64,000 nucleotides of DNA from Dehalococcoidia bacterium. GTDB taxonomy: Bacteria > Chloroflexota > Dehalococcoidia > Lucifugimonadales > Australimonadaceae. Shown here in pieces: positions 9,817 to 18,183 of the stretch. Numbering within the stretch: the first letter of the stretch is position 1; every line of letters starts with the position of its first letter. The notes beneath the pieces are model-generated. The model did no database searches, was not told the DNA's origin, and was given only the letters and a program-made list of their open reading frames with translations. The DNA lies in NCBI GenBank assembly GCA_965220225.1, contig OZ244813.1, positions 1,095,560 through 1,159,559 of the forward strand. Reading direction: 5' to 3'. Both the position numbers and the translations under genes were made by a program.

Positions 9817-9901
9817 AGGAGTGCAGAGGGGCTTTGCCCCTCTGCCGGGGGCGTGGGGGTGTCCCCCACAAGCGTTCGGGCGGGTGGGCGGGAAGAACTA
9901 C
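9817..9901 (+). repeat. 85-nt intergenic element, family C (copy 1)
   Basis: Near-identical to 15112..15194. Contains hairpins cagagggg-N5-cccctctg and gggggtgtccccc, then gggcgggtgggcgggaagaactac. Confidence 0.85.
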
Positions 9902-9958
9902 TCCTGCCAGGTACGTCAACAACGAACGGCCCATCGCGGGCCGGGAAAGGAGGAAGCG

Positions 9959-10207
9959 ATGCGGATAGCACAGGTGGTGCGCGTAGCGCTGCAGGCGGCG
10001 CGGCTGGTGGACGGCCTCTGCCGGGTTGCACCGGACGCCGCCGAGGCGCTGGAGACCGGCGCTCGGCTGATGCGCGAGTCGGTCCGTGCTGCGCCGGACG
10101 GTCTGACCCGGGCCAAGCGTGACGCGCTGGCGTCGTCGGCGCGCAGGTTCGGCGGGGCTCTCGCGGAAGCGATAGAGGCTGCGCCGGTCATCGACGAGGA
10201 GAACTGA
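9959..10207 (+). CDS. hypothetical helical protein (82 aa) between protease and capsid
   Basis: ATG preceded by ggaaaggagga. It ends 19 nt before the capsid start. Ala/Arg-rich helical sequence with an acidic tail (VIDEEN). Confidence 0.5.
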   Translation: MRIAQVVRVALQAARLVDGLCRVAPDAAEALETGARLMRESVRAAPDGLTRAKRDALASSARRFGGALAEAIEAAPVIDEEN

Positions 10208-10226
10208 TCCCACAGAGGAGGAAAAC

Positions 10227-11552
10227 ATGTCTGCGATAGACGAGATGCAGAAGGAGATCGTGGAGACACAGGAGTTCGTGCGCGAGCGGCTCGGCCCGGT
10301 GACGAAGGAGCTGACGCTCATGCGCGAGGAGCAGGAGCGGCTCGCGGGAGAGGTGCGGCGCGTGCTGGAGCACGACCGTTCGGTCCGGCGCGATGCGCTG
10401 CTGGGCCGCGGTTCGAACGACCGCGTCCGCGTGCGCGGCGGAAAGCTGGACGGCTTCGACCTCGTGGACCTCGCGGTGATGCGGAGCCTGCTCACAGCGC
10501 AGCAGGCGCGTCCGCAGGACTACGACCCGCGCTCGCTCCGGTCGTGGCAGGAGAGCGTCACCAGGGCGATGGACTCCACGACTGCGGGCGCGGGCGACGA
10601 GCTCGTGCCCCAGGAGGAGGCCCGCCAGCTGTGGGCGGACGTCAACGTGGAGACGGCGGTCGCATCGCTCTTCGAGACCGTGACGATGCCGTCCAACCCG
10701 TTCGACGTGCCGCTGCAACTGGGCGACGTCAACTGGTACCCCGGCTCGGCGAACACCGCCACGACCGCGACGGACCTCAAGACCGCCAAGCAGACGCTGA
10801 CGGCCCACGAGCTCGTCGGCATGGTGCCGTGGGCCTACGAGTTGGACGAAGACGCCGTCGTCGCCATGATGGCTGAGGTGCGCAGCACACTGCTCCGCAA
10901 CGCGGCGCAGGTGCTGGACGACGTGCTGCTGAACGCGGACACGTCCAGCACGAACAACATCAACCACGACAGCGGGTCGCTCGCCGCATCCGCTGCGGGC
11001 AAGGCGCACTACCTGCTGGGCTTCGACGGCCTGCTGCACCTGCCGCTGGTGGACAACGAGGAGATGCGGAACAACTTCAACGCGAAGCCCACCGTCGACA
11101 TGTGCAACCAGTTGCGGCGCATGCTCGGCAAGTACGGCGTGCGCCCGTCCGAACTCGCCTTCATCACGGACGTGAGCACGTACATCGCCATGCAGGCGGT
11201 CGACAGCTTCCAGACGCTGGACAAGCTCGGCCCGCGGGCAACGCTGCTCACCGGGCAGCTCGGCGCGGTCGAGGGCGTGCCCGTCATCGTGTCGGAGCAG
11301 CTGCGCCTCGCCGACTCGGACGGCAGGATCACGTCGGACGGCAACGTCGCGGACACCGGGCGTCTGCTGCTCGTGAACCGCACGCAGTGGCGCAAGGGCT
11401 TCAAGCGCGAGCTCCTCATCGAGACGGAGCGCGACATCCAGAAGCGCCAGAACGTCATGGTGGTCAGCATGCGCGTCGCATTCGCGGAACGCTCCGCGGA
11501 CCGCGCCAACGCGACCCACACCGCGCTGCAGTACAACGTGAAGCACGCGTAG
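10227..11552 (+). CDS. HK97-family phage major capsid protein
   Basis: 441 aa. The N-terminus is coiled-coil and delta-domain-like (EMQKEIVETQEFVRERL...EEQERLAGEV). The body shows a typical Phage_capsid pattern (ELVPQEEARQLW..., MPSNPFDVP..., WAYELDEDA). Confidence 0.9.
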   Translation: MSAIDEMQKEIVETQEFVRERLGPVTKELTLMREEQERLAGEVRRVLEHDRSVRRDALLGRGSNDRVRVRGGKLDGFDLVDLAVMRSLLTAQQARPQDYDPRSLRSWQESVTRAMDSTTAGAGDELVPQEEARQLWADVNVETAVASLFETVTMPSNPFDVPLQLGDVNWYPGSANTATTATDLKTAKQTLTAHELVGMVPWAYELDEDAVVAMMAEVRSTLLRNAAQVLDDVLLNADTSSTNNINHDSGSLAASAAGKAHYLLGFDGLLHLPLVDNEEMRNNFNAKPTVDMCNQLRRMLGKYGVRPSELAFITDVSTYIAMQAVDSFQTLDKLGPRATLLTGQLGAVEGVPVIVSEQLRLADSDGRITSDGNVADTGRLLLVNRTQWRKGFKRELLIETERDIQKRQNVMVVSMRVAFAERSADRANATHTALQYNVKHA

Positions 11553-11556
11553 CAGC

Positions 11557-11643
11557 GTCGTTCCTGCGAAGGCAGGAACCTCGCCTGATTCCCTCTCCCT
11601 CGGGGAGAGGGTGCCGCCGCTCAGCGGCGGCGGGTGAGGGTGG
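11557..11643 (+). repeat. composite intergenic repeat (family D hairpin + family A)
   Basis: gtcGTTCCTGCgaagGCAGGAAC, then CCCTCTCCCtcgGGGAGAGGG, an extra GC hairpin (gccgccgctcagcggcggc), then GGGTGAGGG. Confidence 0.8.
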
Positions 11644-11687
11644 CGACGACGGACGGGGCGGGCGTATCGCGCCCGCCCCTGTTCGCT

Positions 11688-12530
11688 CTACTCTGCAGCG
11701 CAGATAGATACCTCCGGCCCGCTGAACGCGAGCCGCTCCGCCATCACCCGCACCGCCTCCGGGTTGCTGTCGATGAGGAAGTAGCGCCTGCCGTTGCGCC
11801 CCGCGGCCTCCCCGGTCGTTCCCGACCCTGCGAAGAAGTCCAGCACGAGGTCGCCGGGGTCCGAGTGCACCCGCACGATGCGATTGAGGATGGCGATGGG
11901 CTTCTGTGTCGGATAGCCCGTGCGTTCGCGCCCCGCCGTCGGAACGATGGTCTGCCACCAGACGTCGGTGGGCACCTTGCCCCGCGCCGCCTTCTCCGCC
12001 CCGGCCAGTCCGGGGGCCATGTATGGCACGCGGTCTATCGCGTCGTGGTGGAACGTGTAGCGTGCTGGGTCCTTCACGTACCAGAGCAGGGTGTCGTGCT
12101 TCGCGGGCCAGCGGTTCTTCGGCCTGCCGCCGTAGTCGTATGCCCAGATGATTTCGTTCATGAAGCACTCGCGTCCGAACAGCGCGTCGAGCAGCACCTT
12201 GCAGTAGTGCGCCTCCCGGTAGTCGATGTGCAGGAAGAACGACCCCGTCGGCGAGAGGATGCGGTGCGCCTCCACGAGGCGCGGCTCCAGGAACGCGAGG
12301 AAGTCGTCGAACGCGTCGTCGAACGACTGCGCGCCGAGCCGCACGGTGCGGTAGCGCTTGCCTTGGAATCCCGTCCGATCTCCGTGCTCGTCGTCCTGCA
12401 TCGTCCGCAGGCGTTCGCGTCGCTGCTCCTTCCCCGTGTTGAATGGCGGGTCGATGTAGATGAGCGCCGCCGCGCCGTCCTCGATGGTCGGCAGCACGTC
12501 AATGTTGTCGCCGAGCACGATGCGGTTCAC
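11688..12530 (-). CDS. site-specific DNA methyltransferase, beta class (N6-adenine or N4-cytosine)
   Basis: Motif IV IYIDPPFNTG lies N-terminal and motif I DFFAGSGTTGEAA lies C-terminal. No adjacent restriction endonuclease. Confidence 0.88.
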   Translation of the reverse strand: MNRIVLGDNIDVLPTIEDGAAALIYIDPPFNTGKEQRRERLRTMQDDEHGDRTGFQGKRYRTVRLGAQSFDDAFDDFLAFLEPRLVEAHRILSPTGSFFLHIDYREAHYCKVLLDALFGRECFMNEIIWAYDYGGRPKNRWPAKHDTLLWYVKDPARYTFHHDAIDRVPYMAPGLAGAEKAARGKVPTDVWWQTIVPTAGRERTGYPTQKPIAILNRIVRVHSDPGDLVLDFFAGSGTTGEAAGRNGRRYFLIDSNPEAVRVMAERLAFSGPEVSICAAE

Positions 12531-12550
12531 GTCACGCCCCCTGCCTGGTT

Positions 12551-12586
12551 CCTCTCCCTTGAGGGGAGAGGGCTAGGGTGAGGGTG
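12551..12586 (+). repeat. intergenic repeat, family A
   Basis: CCTCTCCCttgagGGGAGAGGGctaGGGTGAGGGTG. Confidence 0.8.
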
Positions 12587-12616
12587 AACCGGGGCTGGGG
12601 GCGTGGCGCTTGCATG

Positions 12617-13336
12617 TCACCCTCCGGTCTCGATAAGCGACCGCACGTGCGCCGCCGCTTCCGTCAACGACCCCACGACCTGTACGCCGTTGGGCGCTGG
12701 GGGTACTGGCTCGCGCTGCACGAACACCGGCGTGATCCCCGCGCTCCGCGCGCCTTCCACGTCCGCCGCGATGCTGTCGCCGACGTGCACGGCCTCGTTG
12801 GGCCGGACGCCTGCCTGCGCCAGCGCCAACTGGAAGATGCGCGGGTGCGGCTTGCTGACGCCCGCGCTGCCGGTGGTGGAGCGCACGGGAAGGTGCCCGG
12901 CGATCCCGAGCCGTTCCAGCAGCCCGTCGAGTTCCAGCCCCATGTTGGAGATGACGCCGAGCGTGAGCCCCAGTCCTCCTAATTCCACGAGTGTTGCTTC
13001 CGCGTCTGGAACGAGCGTCAGCTCGTCGGGCGCGCCGCGTACGCGCTGCCAGACGCGCGCCGCGACGGCGAGGCTCACGTCGGGCGCGCCCGCATCGGCT
13101 AGGAGCCGGCGCTCGTACTCGGCGAAGAAGGCGTCGCGCTCCGGCTGCGTTCGCTGCTGCACCGGCTGTTTGGCGTTCTCCGCGTCCATGTAGGCGTTCG
13201 CTGTGCGATAGGCGGCGGCGATGGCGGCCTGATCGACGGCGATGCCCTCGGCGGCCGCCGAGGCCTGCTGCAGCGCCTCCGCCGTCGGCCAGTCGGCGAG
13301 CGTGCCGTAGAAGTCGAAGAACACGGCCCGTATCAT
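12617..13336 (-). CDS. HAD-superfamily hydrolase (DxYGT variant, as in type II 2-haloacid dehalogenase-like enzymes)
   Basis: Internal ATG (MIRAVFFDFYGTLADW). The C-terminal motif is VGDSIAADVEGARSAG. Confidence 0.8.
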   Translation of the reverse strand: MIRAVFFDFYGTLADWPTAEALQQASAAAEGIAVDQAAIAAAYRTANAYMDAENAKQPVQQRTQPERDAFFAEYERRLLADAGAPDVSLAVAARVWQRVRGAPDELTLVPDAEATLVELGGLGLTLGVISNMGLELDGLLERLGIAGHLPVRSTTGSAGVSKPHPRIFQLALAQAGVRPNEAVHVGDSIAADVEGARSAGITPVFVQREPVPPAPNGVQVVGSLTEAAAHVRSLIETGG

Positions 13337-13376
13337 GCGGCTCAGCCTACCACGATGCACCGCCCCTGCTTGCCTC

Positions 13377-14021
13377 ATGAACATCGCTTCCCGCCTGATG
13401 CGCTCCGCTCTCGACGTGCTGTTCCCCGTCCGCTGCGTCGGATGCGGCAGGAGCGGCGCGTACCTCTGTGCGGCGTGTCTTGCACAGGCCAGGCGTGCGC
13501 CGCCCCAACCGCCTCCTGAAGGCGGGCCGCTCGCGGACGTGCTGACCCCGTTCGCCTACGAGGGCGTCGTCCGGACCGCCGTCCAACACCTCAAGTACCG
13601 CGGCCTCCGGGCGATCGCGCCGGAGATGGCGCGCCCCATGGCGCGGGAGCTTGCGCTCGCCGTCCCGCCGCCGTTCGTCCTCGTGCCCGTGCCGCTGCAT
13701 CCCCGTCGACTGCGCGAGCGCGGCTTCAACCAGGCCGAACTGCTCGCCCGGGAGGTTGCGCGGGTGCTCGACGCTCCGCTCTCGACCGGTGCGCTGCGCC
13801 GCGGCGTGAACACGTCGTCGCAGGTGGAAACGACGACCCGCGCCGAGCGCCTCCGCAACGTACGCGACGCATTCGCCTCCTCGGGTCCGCTCGATGGCGA
13901 AACTGTCATCCTCGTCGACGACGTCACCACCACCGGCGCGACGCTCTCCGCCGCCGCCCGGACGCTGTTGTCGATCGGTGCATCACGGGTCTACGGTCTC
14001 ACCTACGCTCACGAAGAGTGA
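13377..14021 (+). CDS. ComF family phosphoribosyltransferase-domain protein
   Basis: N-terminal Cys pairs (CVGCG...CAAC) and the PRTase motif ILVDDVTTTGATL. Start chosen at ATG 13377. Confidence 0.8.
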   Translation: MNIASRLMRSALDVLFPVRCVGCGRSGAYLCAACLAQARRAPPQPPPEGGPLADVLTPFAYEGVVRTAVQHLKYRGLRAIAPEMARPMARELALAVPPPFVLVPVPLHPRRLRERGFNQAELLAREVARVLDAPLSTGALRRGVNTSSQVETTTRAERLRNVRDAFASSGPLDGETVILVDDVTTTGATLSAAARTLLSIGASRVYGLTYAHEE

Positions 14022-14026
14022 TGTGA

Positions 14027-14088
14027 GCCGTCCCTTATGGGCGCCCTGTCCGTTCCCCTCTCCCTTGAGAGAGGGCCAGGGTAAGGGT
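14027..14088 (+). repeat. composite intergenic repeat (family E + family A)
   Basis: gccgtcccttatgggcgccctgtcc (compare 16662..16687), then CCCCTCTCCCttgaGAGAGGGccaGGGTAAGGGTG. Confidence 0.75.
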
Positions 14089-14131
14089 GTTACAGTAGGA
14101 ACGCCCCGCCGCGCGGGGAGGAGGAACGCCC

Positions 14132-15046
14132 ATGAAACTCTGCCTGTTCGAAACGAGCGACGCCCCGGGCGAGCAACGCGTCGGCGCAGTCGTCGATGGC
14201 GGCGTCGCGGAACTGACCGCCGCGCTGGGCGACGCTGCTGCGCTGCCGCCGCAGGCGCGCATGGAGGCGGTCATCGACGGCTTCGAGGGACTGCGCGCCG
14301 CGTTCGAGCGCATCGCGTCCGGGGGGCCGTCGCACACGGACGGCTCGTTCCGGCTCCGCGCGCCGCTGCCGAGGCCGAGCAAGATACTCTGCTGCATCGG
14401 CAACTACTGGGAGCACGCCGAGCGCGAGCCTCGCCCCCTCAACATGTTCCTCAAGTCGCCGGACGCCGTGATAGGCCCCGGCGACACGGTGGTGCTGCCC
14501 CCGAACACCGACCCGTGGGTCTTCCAGCACGAGGCGGAACTGGCCATCGTCATGAGAGGTCCGGCGAAGGACGTCGCGCAGGCGGACTTTGCGAGTGCCG
14601 TGTTCGGCTACACGGCGCTCGTGGACGTCTCGGCGCGCGGGCAGGGCCGCAGCACCTGGCGTTCCGGCAGCTGGATGGGCAAGTCGTTCGATACGTTCGC
14701 CCCGCTCGGTCCGGTCATCGTCACCGCTGACGAGATTGCCGACCCCAACGACCTGCACGTGCGCTTCTGGAACGACGGCCAGCTGCGGCACGACTACAAC
14801 ACGGACGACATGGAGCACCGCGTCCCCGAACTGATCGAGTTCGCCACGGGCATCATGACGCTCAACTCGGGCGACGTTCTCAGTTGCGGGACGAACCATG
14901 AGGGACTTGGCCCCTTGCAGGACGGCGAGACGGTCGAGATCTCGATAACCGGCATCGGCAGCATGTCGGTGCACGTCTCGGACCCGCTCAAGCGAACGTG
15001 GGAGCGCGGCATCTACATGGGCCCCGACTCCACCGCCCGCCGCTAG
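14132..15046 (+). CDS. fumarylacetoacetate hydrolase (FAH) family protein
   Basis: 304 aa. Pattern ...FLKSPDAVIGPGDTVVLP...HEAELAIVM...GKSFDTFAPLGP... Confidence 0.85.
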   Translation: MKLCLFETSDAPGEQRVGAVVDGGVAELTAALGDAAALPPQARMEAVIDGFEGLRAAFERIASGGPSHTDGSFRLRAPLPRPSKILCCIGNYWEHAEREPRPLNMFLKSPDAVIGPGDTVVLPPNTDPWVFQHEAELAIVMRGPAKDVAQADFASAVFGYTALVDVSARGQGRSTWRSGSWMGKSFDTFAPLGPVIVTADEIADPNDLHVRFWNDGQLRHDYNTDDMEHRVPELIEFATGIMTLNSGDVLSCGTNHEGLGPLQDGETVEISITGIGSMSVHVSDPLKRTWERGIYMGPDSTARR

Positions 15047-15051
15047 GAACC

Positions 15052-15194
15052 GTCGTCATTCCCGCGAAAGCGGGAACCCACGGCGACGGCCTTGTCGCGC
15101 GTCGGGCACTGAGGAGTGCAGAGGGGAACCCCTCTGCCGGGGGAGCGGGGGTGTCCCCCGCAAGCGCTCCGGGCGGGTGGGTGGGAAGAACTAC
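15052..15194 (+). repeat. composite intergenic repeat (family D hairpin + family C copy 2)
   Basis: gtcaTTCCCGCgaaaGCGGGAA at 15056..15076, then the 83-nt C element at 15112..15194. Confidence 0.85.
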
Positions 15195-15296
15195 ACTCGA
15201 AGAGCGCAGCTATGCGATGCGGCGCGGTTGACCGCCGCGCGTCATCGTCCTAATCTCGCGCTATCAAGGGAAGAGAACGTTCAGAGGGAGGTCGTC

Positions 15297-16589
15297 ATGC
15301 TGAGCGCATTGGACAACGAACGGTTGGCCCGCATCGGTCCCGGAACGGAGATGGGCGCGCTGATGCGCCGTTACTGGATACCGTTCCTGCTGACGGAAGA
15401 CATCCCCGAAGCCGACGGCGAGCCCGTCCGCGTCACGCTGCTGGGTGAGCGGCTCGTCGCCTTCAGGAATAGCGTCGGGCAGGTCGGCCTCGTGGACCGC
15501 CTCTGCGCACACCGCAACGCCGACCTCTTCTTCGGCCGCAACGAGGAGAACGGCATCCGCTGCACCTACCACGGCTGGAAGTTCGAGATCGACGGCAAGT
15601 GCGTCGACATGCCCTCCGAGGCCTCGGACAGCAACTTCAGGGACAAGATCCAGTTGAAGGCGTACCCCGTGAAGGAGCGTGGCGGCGTCCTCTGGACGTA
15701 CATGGGCCCGAAGGAGCACATGCAGCCTATGCCGGAGTTCGAGTGGACGCGCGTGCCGGACGGCCACCGCTACGTCTCCTGGAACTTCCAGGAGAACAAC
15801 TACGCTCAGGCCATCGAGGGCGGCATCGACACCGTGCACTCGGTCTATCTGCACAGCGCCATGGACTCCCACAAGCGCCTCCGCGACTGGCAGGACGCGG
15901 GCAGGGACACCGGCGACGTGACGAAGATGTACCGCACGCGCGAGAACCCGCCCAAGCTCAAGGCGCTCGAGACCGACTTCGGCCTCATCATCGGCGGCAG
16001 GTACCCCGGCGACGAGACGCAGGACTACTGGCGATTCAACCTCTTCTGGATGCCGTTCTACACCGCGCCTCCGGGCGGCGGTGAGCAGAAGATGATGCAC
16101 GCGTTCGTCCCCGTCGACGACGTCACCACGGCCCGCTGGTGCTTCACGTGGAGCACCACCGGCAAGCCGCTCGCCGCGAGATACGTCGCCGACCTCCGCA
16201 AGGGACAGGGGGTCCACGCCCAGACCATCCCCGGCAGCCACTGGCCGGTGCGCAACATGCGCAACGACTACCTCATCGACCGCGAGGAGCAGAAATACCT
16301 CACCTTCACGGGCATCAAGGGCACCGGCGAGCAGGACTTCTCCGTGCAGGAGGGCATGGGGCAGATATCCGACCGCACCCGCGAGCATCTGGGGGTCACC
16401 GACATCGGCATCATCGCGATGCGGAGGATGCTCCTGCACTCCGCGGCGGCCATCCGGGAAGGGGCCGAACCGACCTCGGCGCGCAGTCCGGACGCCTACC
16501 GCGTCCGCCCCGGCCAGACCATGATCCCGAACGACGCAGACTGGGCGACGCACGAGAACCTCAAGGAGGCCATCGCCGCCACCTACTGA
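15297..16589 (+). CDS. Rieske [2Fe-2S] aromatic-ring-hydroxylating oxygenase, alpha subunit (phthalate-family/class IA-like)
   Basis: Internal ATG 15297. Rieske motif CAHRNADLFFGR...CTYHGWKF. Confidence 0.88.
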   Translation: MLSALDNERLARIGPGTEMGALMRRYWIPFLLTEDIPEADGEPVRVTLLGERLVAFRNSVGQVGLVDRLCAHRNADLFFGRNEENGIRCTYHGWKFEIDGKCVDMPSEASDSNFRDKIQLKAYPVKERGGVLWTYMGPKEHMQPMPEFEWTRVPDGHRYVSWNFQENNYAQAIEGGIDTVHSVYLHSAMDSHKRLRDWQDAGRDTGDVTKMYRTRENPPKLKALETDFGLIIGGRYPGDETQDYWRFNLFWMPFYTAPPGGGEQKMMHAFVPVDDVTTARWCFTWSTTGKPLAARYVADLRKGQGVHAQTIPGSHWPVRNMRNDYLIDREEQKYLTFTGIKGTGEQDFSVQEGMGQISDRTREHLGVTDIGIIAMRRMLLHSAAAIREGAEPTSARSPDAYRVRPGQTMIPNDADWATHENLKEAIAATY

Positions 16590-16592
16590 CGG

Positions 16593-16687
16593 CCCCCTCT
16601 CCTGAGGGAGAGGGCTGGGGTCAGGGTACTCCGGGGGTGGTGTAGCGGTGCTTGGTGTAGGGGCGTCCCTTGTGGGCGCCCGTGTCC
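16593..16687 (+). repeat. composite intergenic repeat (family A + family E)
   Basis: CCCCCTCTCCtgaGGGAGAGGGctggGGTCAGGGT, then ggcgtcccttgtgggcgcccgtgtcc. Confidence 0.75.
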
Positions 16688-16688
16688 C

Positions 16689-17627
16689 TCAACCTCCGCT
16701 GAAGTGCGGCATGACCTCCGCTGCGAACCGCTCGTAGGTGGGCAGCAGCGCCTCCGGCGTGCATAGTGCGTTCATGGTGAAGTGGGTTATCCCCGCTTCG
16801 ATGAACGCTTCGATCGTCTCGATGCAGTCCACCGGTGTGCCGAGCGGGAGCGTTGCCGGGTCTATAGCCCATGCGTCTTCGCCGAAGCGCTGCCGCATCG
16901 CCGCCTGCACCTCCCGGTAAGCGTCATCCTTCGTGCGCCTCATGCACAGGTACATGTTGCACGACCACTCGAACGCCGCCGGGTCACGTCCGCATGAAGC
17001 AGCCATCTCCTCGATGGCGGCCTTGCCTTCGGCATAGCCCTTCGGCGTCATCCCGTTCGGGTGGAACCCGTCGGCCCAGCGCGCCGTCCGCTCCAGCGGA
17101 CGCCGCGCGAACCCGCCGTTCCACATCGCGCCCGTCCAGATGGGCAGGTGCGGCTGTTGGACCGAGCGCGGCTCCAGCGTGACGTGCGCCATGTCGTGGA
17201 ACGTCCCGTGATGCGTTACGTCCGTCTCGGAGAGCAGCCTGCGTACGAGAGCCAGACGCTCGTCCGTGATGCCGCGCCGTTCCTCGATGCGAACGCCCTC
17301 GACCGCGAAGTCGCCGTTGTACACGCCGCCGGCGCCCAGCCCCAGCACCATCCGCCCTCCTGACAGCACGTCGATAGAGGTCGCGATCTTCGCGATTCGA
17401 TAGGGGGTGTGGAACGGCAGTACGGCAACGCCGGTTCCCAGGCGCATGCGCGTGGTGCGCTGCGCGACGGACGCGAGCAGAGTGAACGCGTCGAGCGTCG
17501 GGAGCGTCTCGAGTTCCGGCACGAAGTAGGAGCGGTACCCCAGCCCCTCCATCCGCTCGGCGAAATCGAGCGGGCCGATGACGCTCGCCATCGAGGCCCC
17601 GTTGTACTGGACGCCGAATGCGGCCAA
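16689..17627 (-). CDS. LLM-class (luciferase-like) flavin/F420-dependent oxidoreductase
   Basis: 312 aa. Pattern ...GYRSYFVPE...RMRLGTGVAVLPFHTP...GRMVLGLGAGG... Confidence 0.85.
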   Translation of the reverse strand: MAAFGVQYNGASMASVIGPLDFAERMEGLGYRSYFVPELETLPTLDAFTLLASVAQRTTRMRLGTGVAVLPFHTPYRIAKIATSIDVLSGGRMVLGLGAGGVYNGDFAVEGVRIEERRGITDERLALVRRLLSETDVTHHGTFHDMAHVTLEPRSVQQPHLPIWTGAMWNGGFARRPLERTARWADGFHPNGMTPKGYAEGKAAIEEMAASCGRDPAAFEWSCNMYLCMRRTKDDAYREVQAAMRQRFGEDAWAIDPATLPLGTPVDCIETIEAFIEAGITHFTMNALCTPEALLPTYERFAAEVMPHFSGG

Positions 17628-17633
17628 GGGCAG

Positions 17634-18164
17634 CTAGCCTGCGGTTGCTTCGAGCGCGTAGGGGATCAGCTCTGCCCCGCGGGCCCGCTTCTCGCTGCGG
17701 ATGATGAGGGCGGCGCTGCGCTCCCCGATCGTGATTTCCTGGTGCGCCAGGTGCGGAGGCACCACATCCACGTCGCCGGGCTCGATGCGGAAGGTGCTGT
17801 CGTGGACGACCTCGTCGCGGTCGCGGTGGAAGCGGTTGATATCCTCGGCCCCCTGCACGAGCCCGTACATCGTCCAGATCTCACCGTGGTCGTGGACGGT
17901 CGTGTGGTGCCCGGCTTCCTTGGCCATCGCGGTGACGAGGAACCCGTAGTCCGGGTCTTCGTAGAAGAGCAGGTTGCCCGTCTTGTCGCGTCCTGTGCTC
18001 GTCCGGTCGGTCGCGGGCCAGCTCTTCGCGTGCTCCTGCACGACCGGGTCTGAGGCGAAATCGCGCAGGAGCTCTCCCGTCCGGGTCCAGCGCTCCTCGT
18101 CGCTCATCTCCTGCGCGCAGAGCGCGCGGACCTCGCTGACGAACTTCTCGGCTGCTTCCAGCAT
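17634..18164 (-). CDS. cupin-fold protein (cysteine-dioxygenase-like metal site)
   Basis: 176 aa. His cluster HHTTVHDHGEIW...PPHLAH is typical of cupin metal ligands. Confidence 0.6.
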   Translation of the reverse strand: MLEAAEKFVSEVRALCAQEMSDEERWTRTGELLRDFASDPVVQEHAKSWPATDRTSTGRDKTGNLLFYEDPDYGFLVTAMAKEAGHHTTVHDHGEIWTMYGLVQGAEDINRFHRDRDEVVHDSTFRIEPGDVDVVPPHLAHQEITIGERSAALIIRSEKRARGAELIPYALEATAG

Positions 18165-18183
18165 CGCTCTCCTCCTCCGGCCC

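Noticed and set aside
9011-11552. Calling the capsid/protease pair an encapsulin nanocompartment operon.
   Set aside because: The capsid is phage-sized (441 aa) with a delta-like N-terminus and is accompanied by a maturation protease. Described encapsulin shells do not use such a protease, and no cargo enzyme with a targeting peptide is adjacent. This is kept only as a speculative alternative in the findings.
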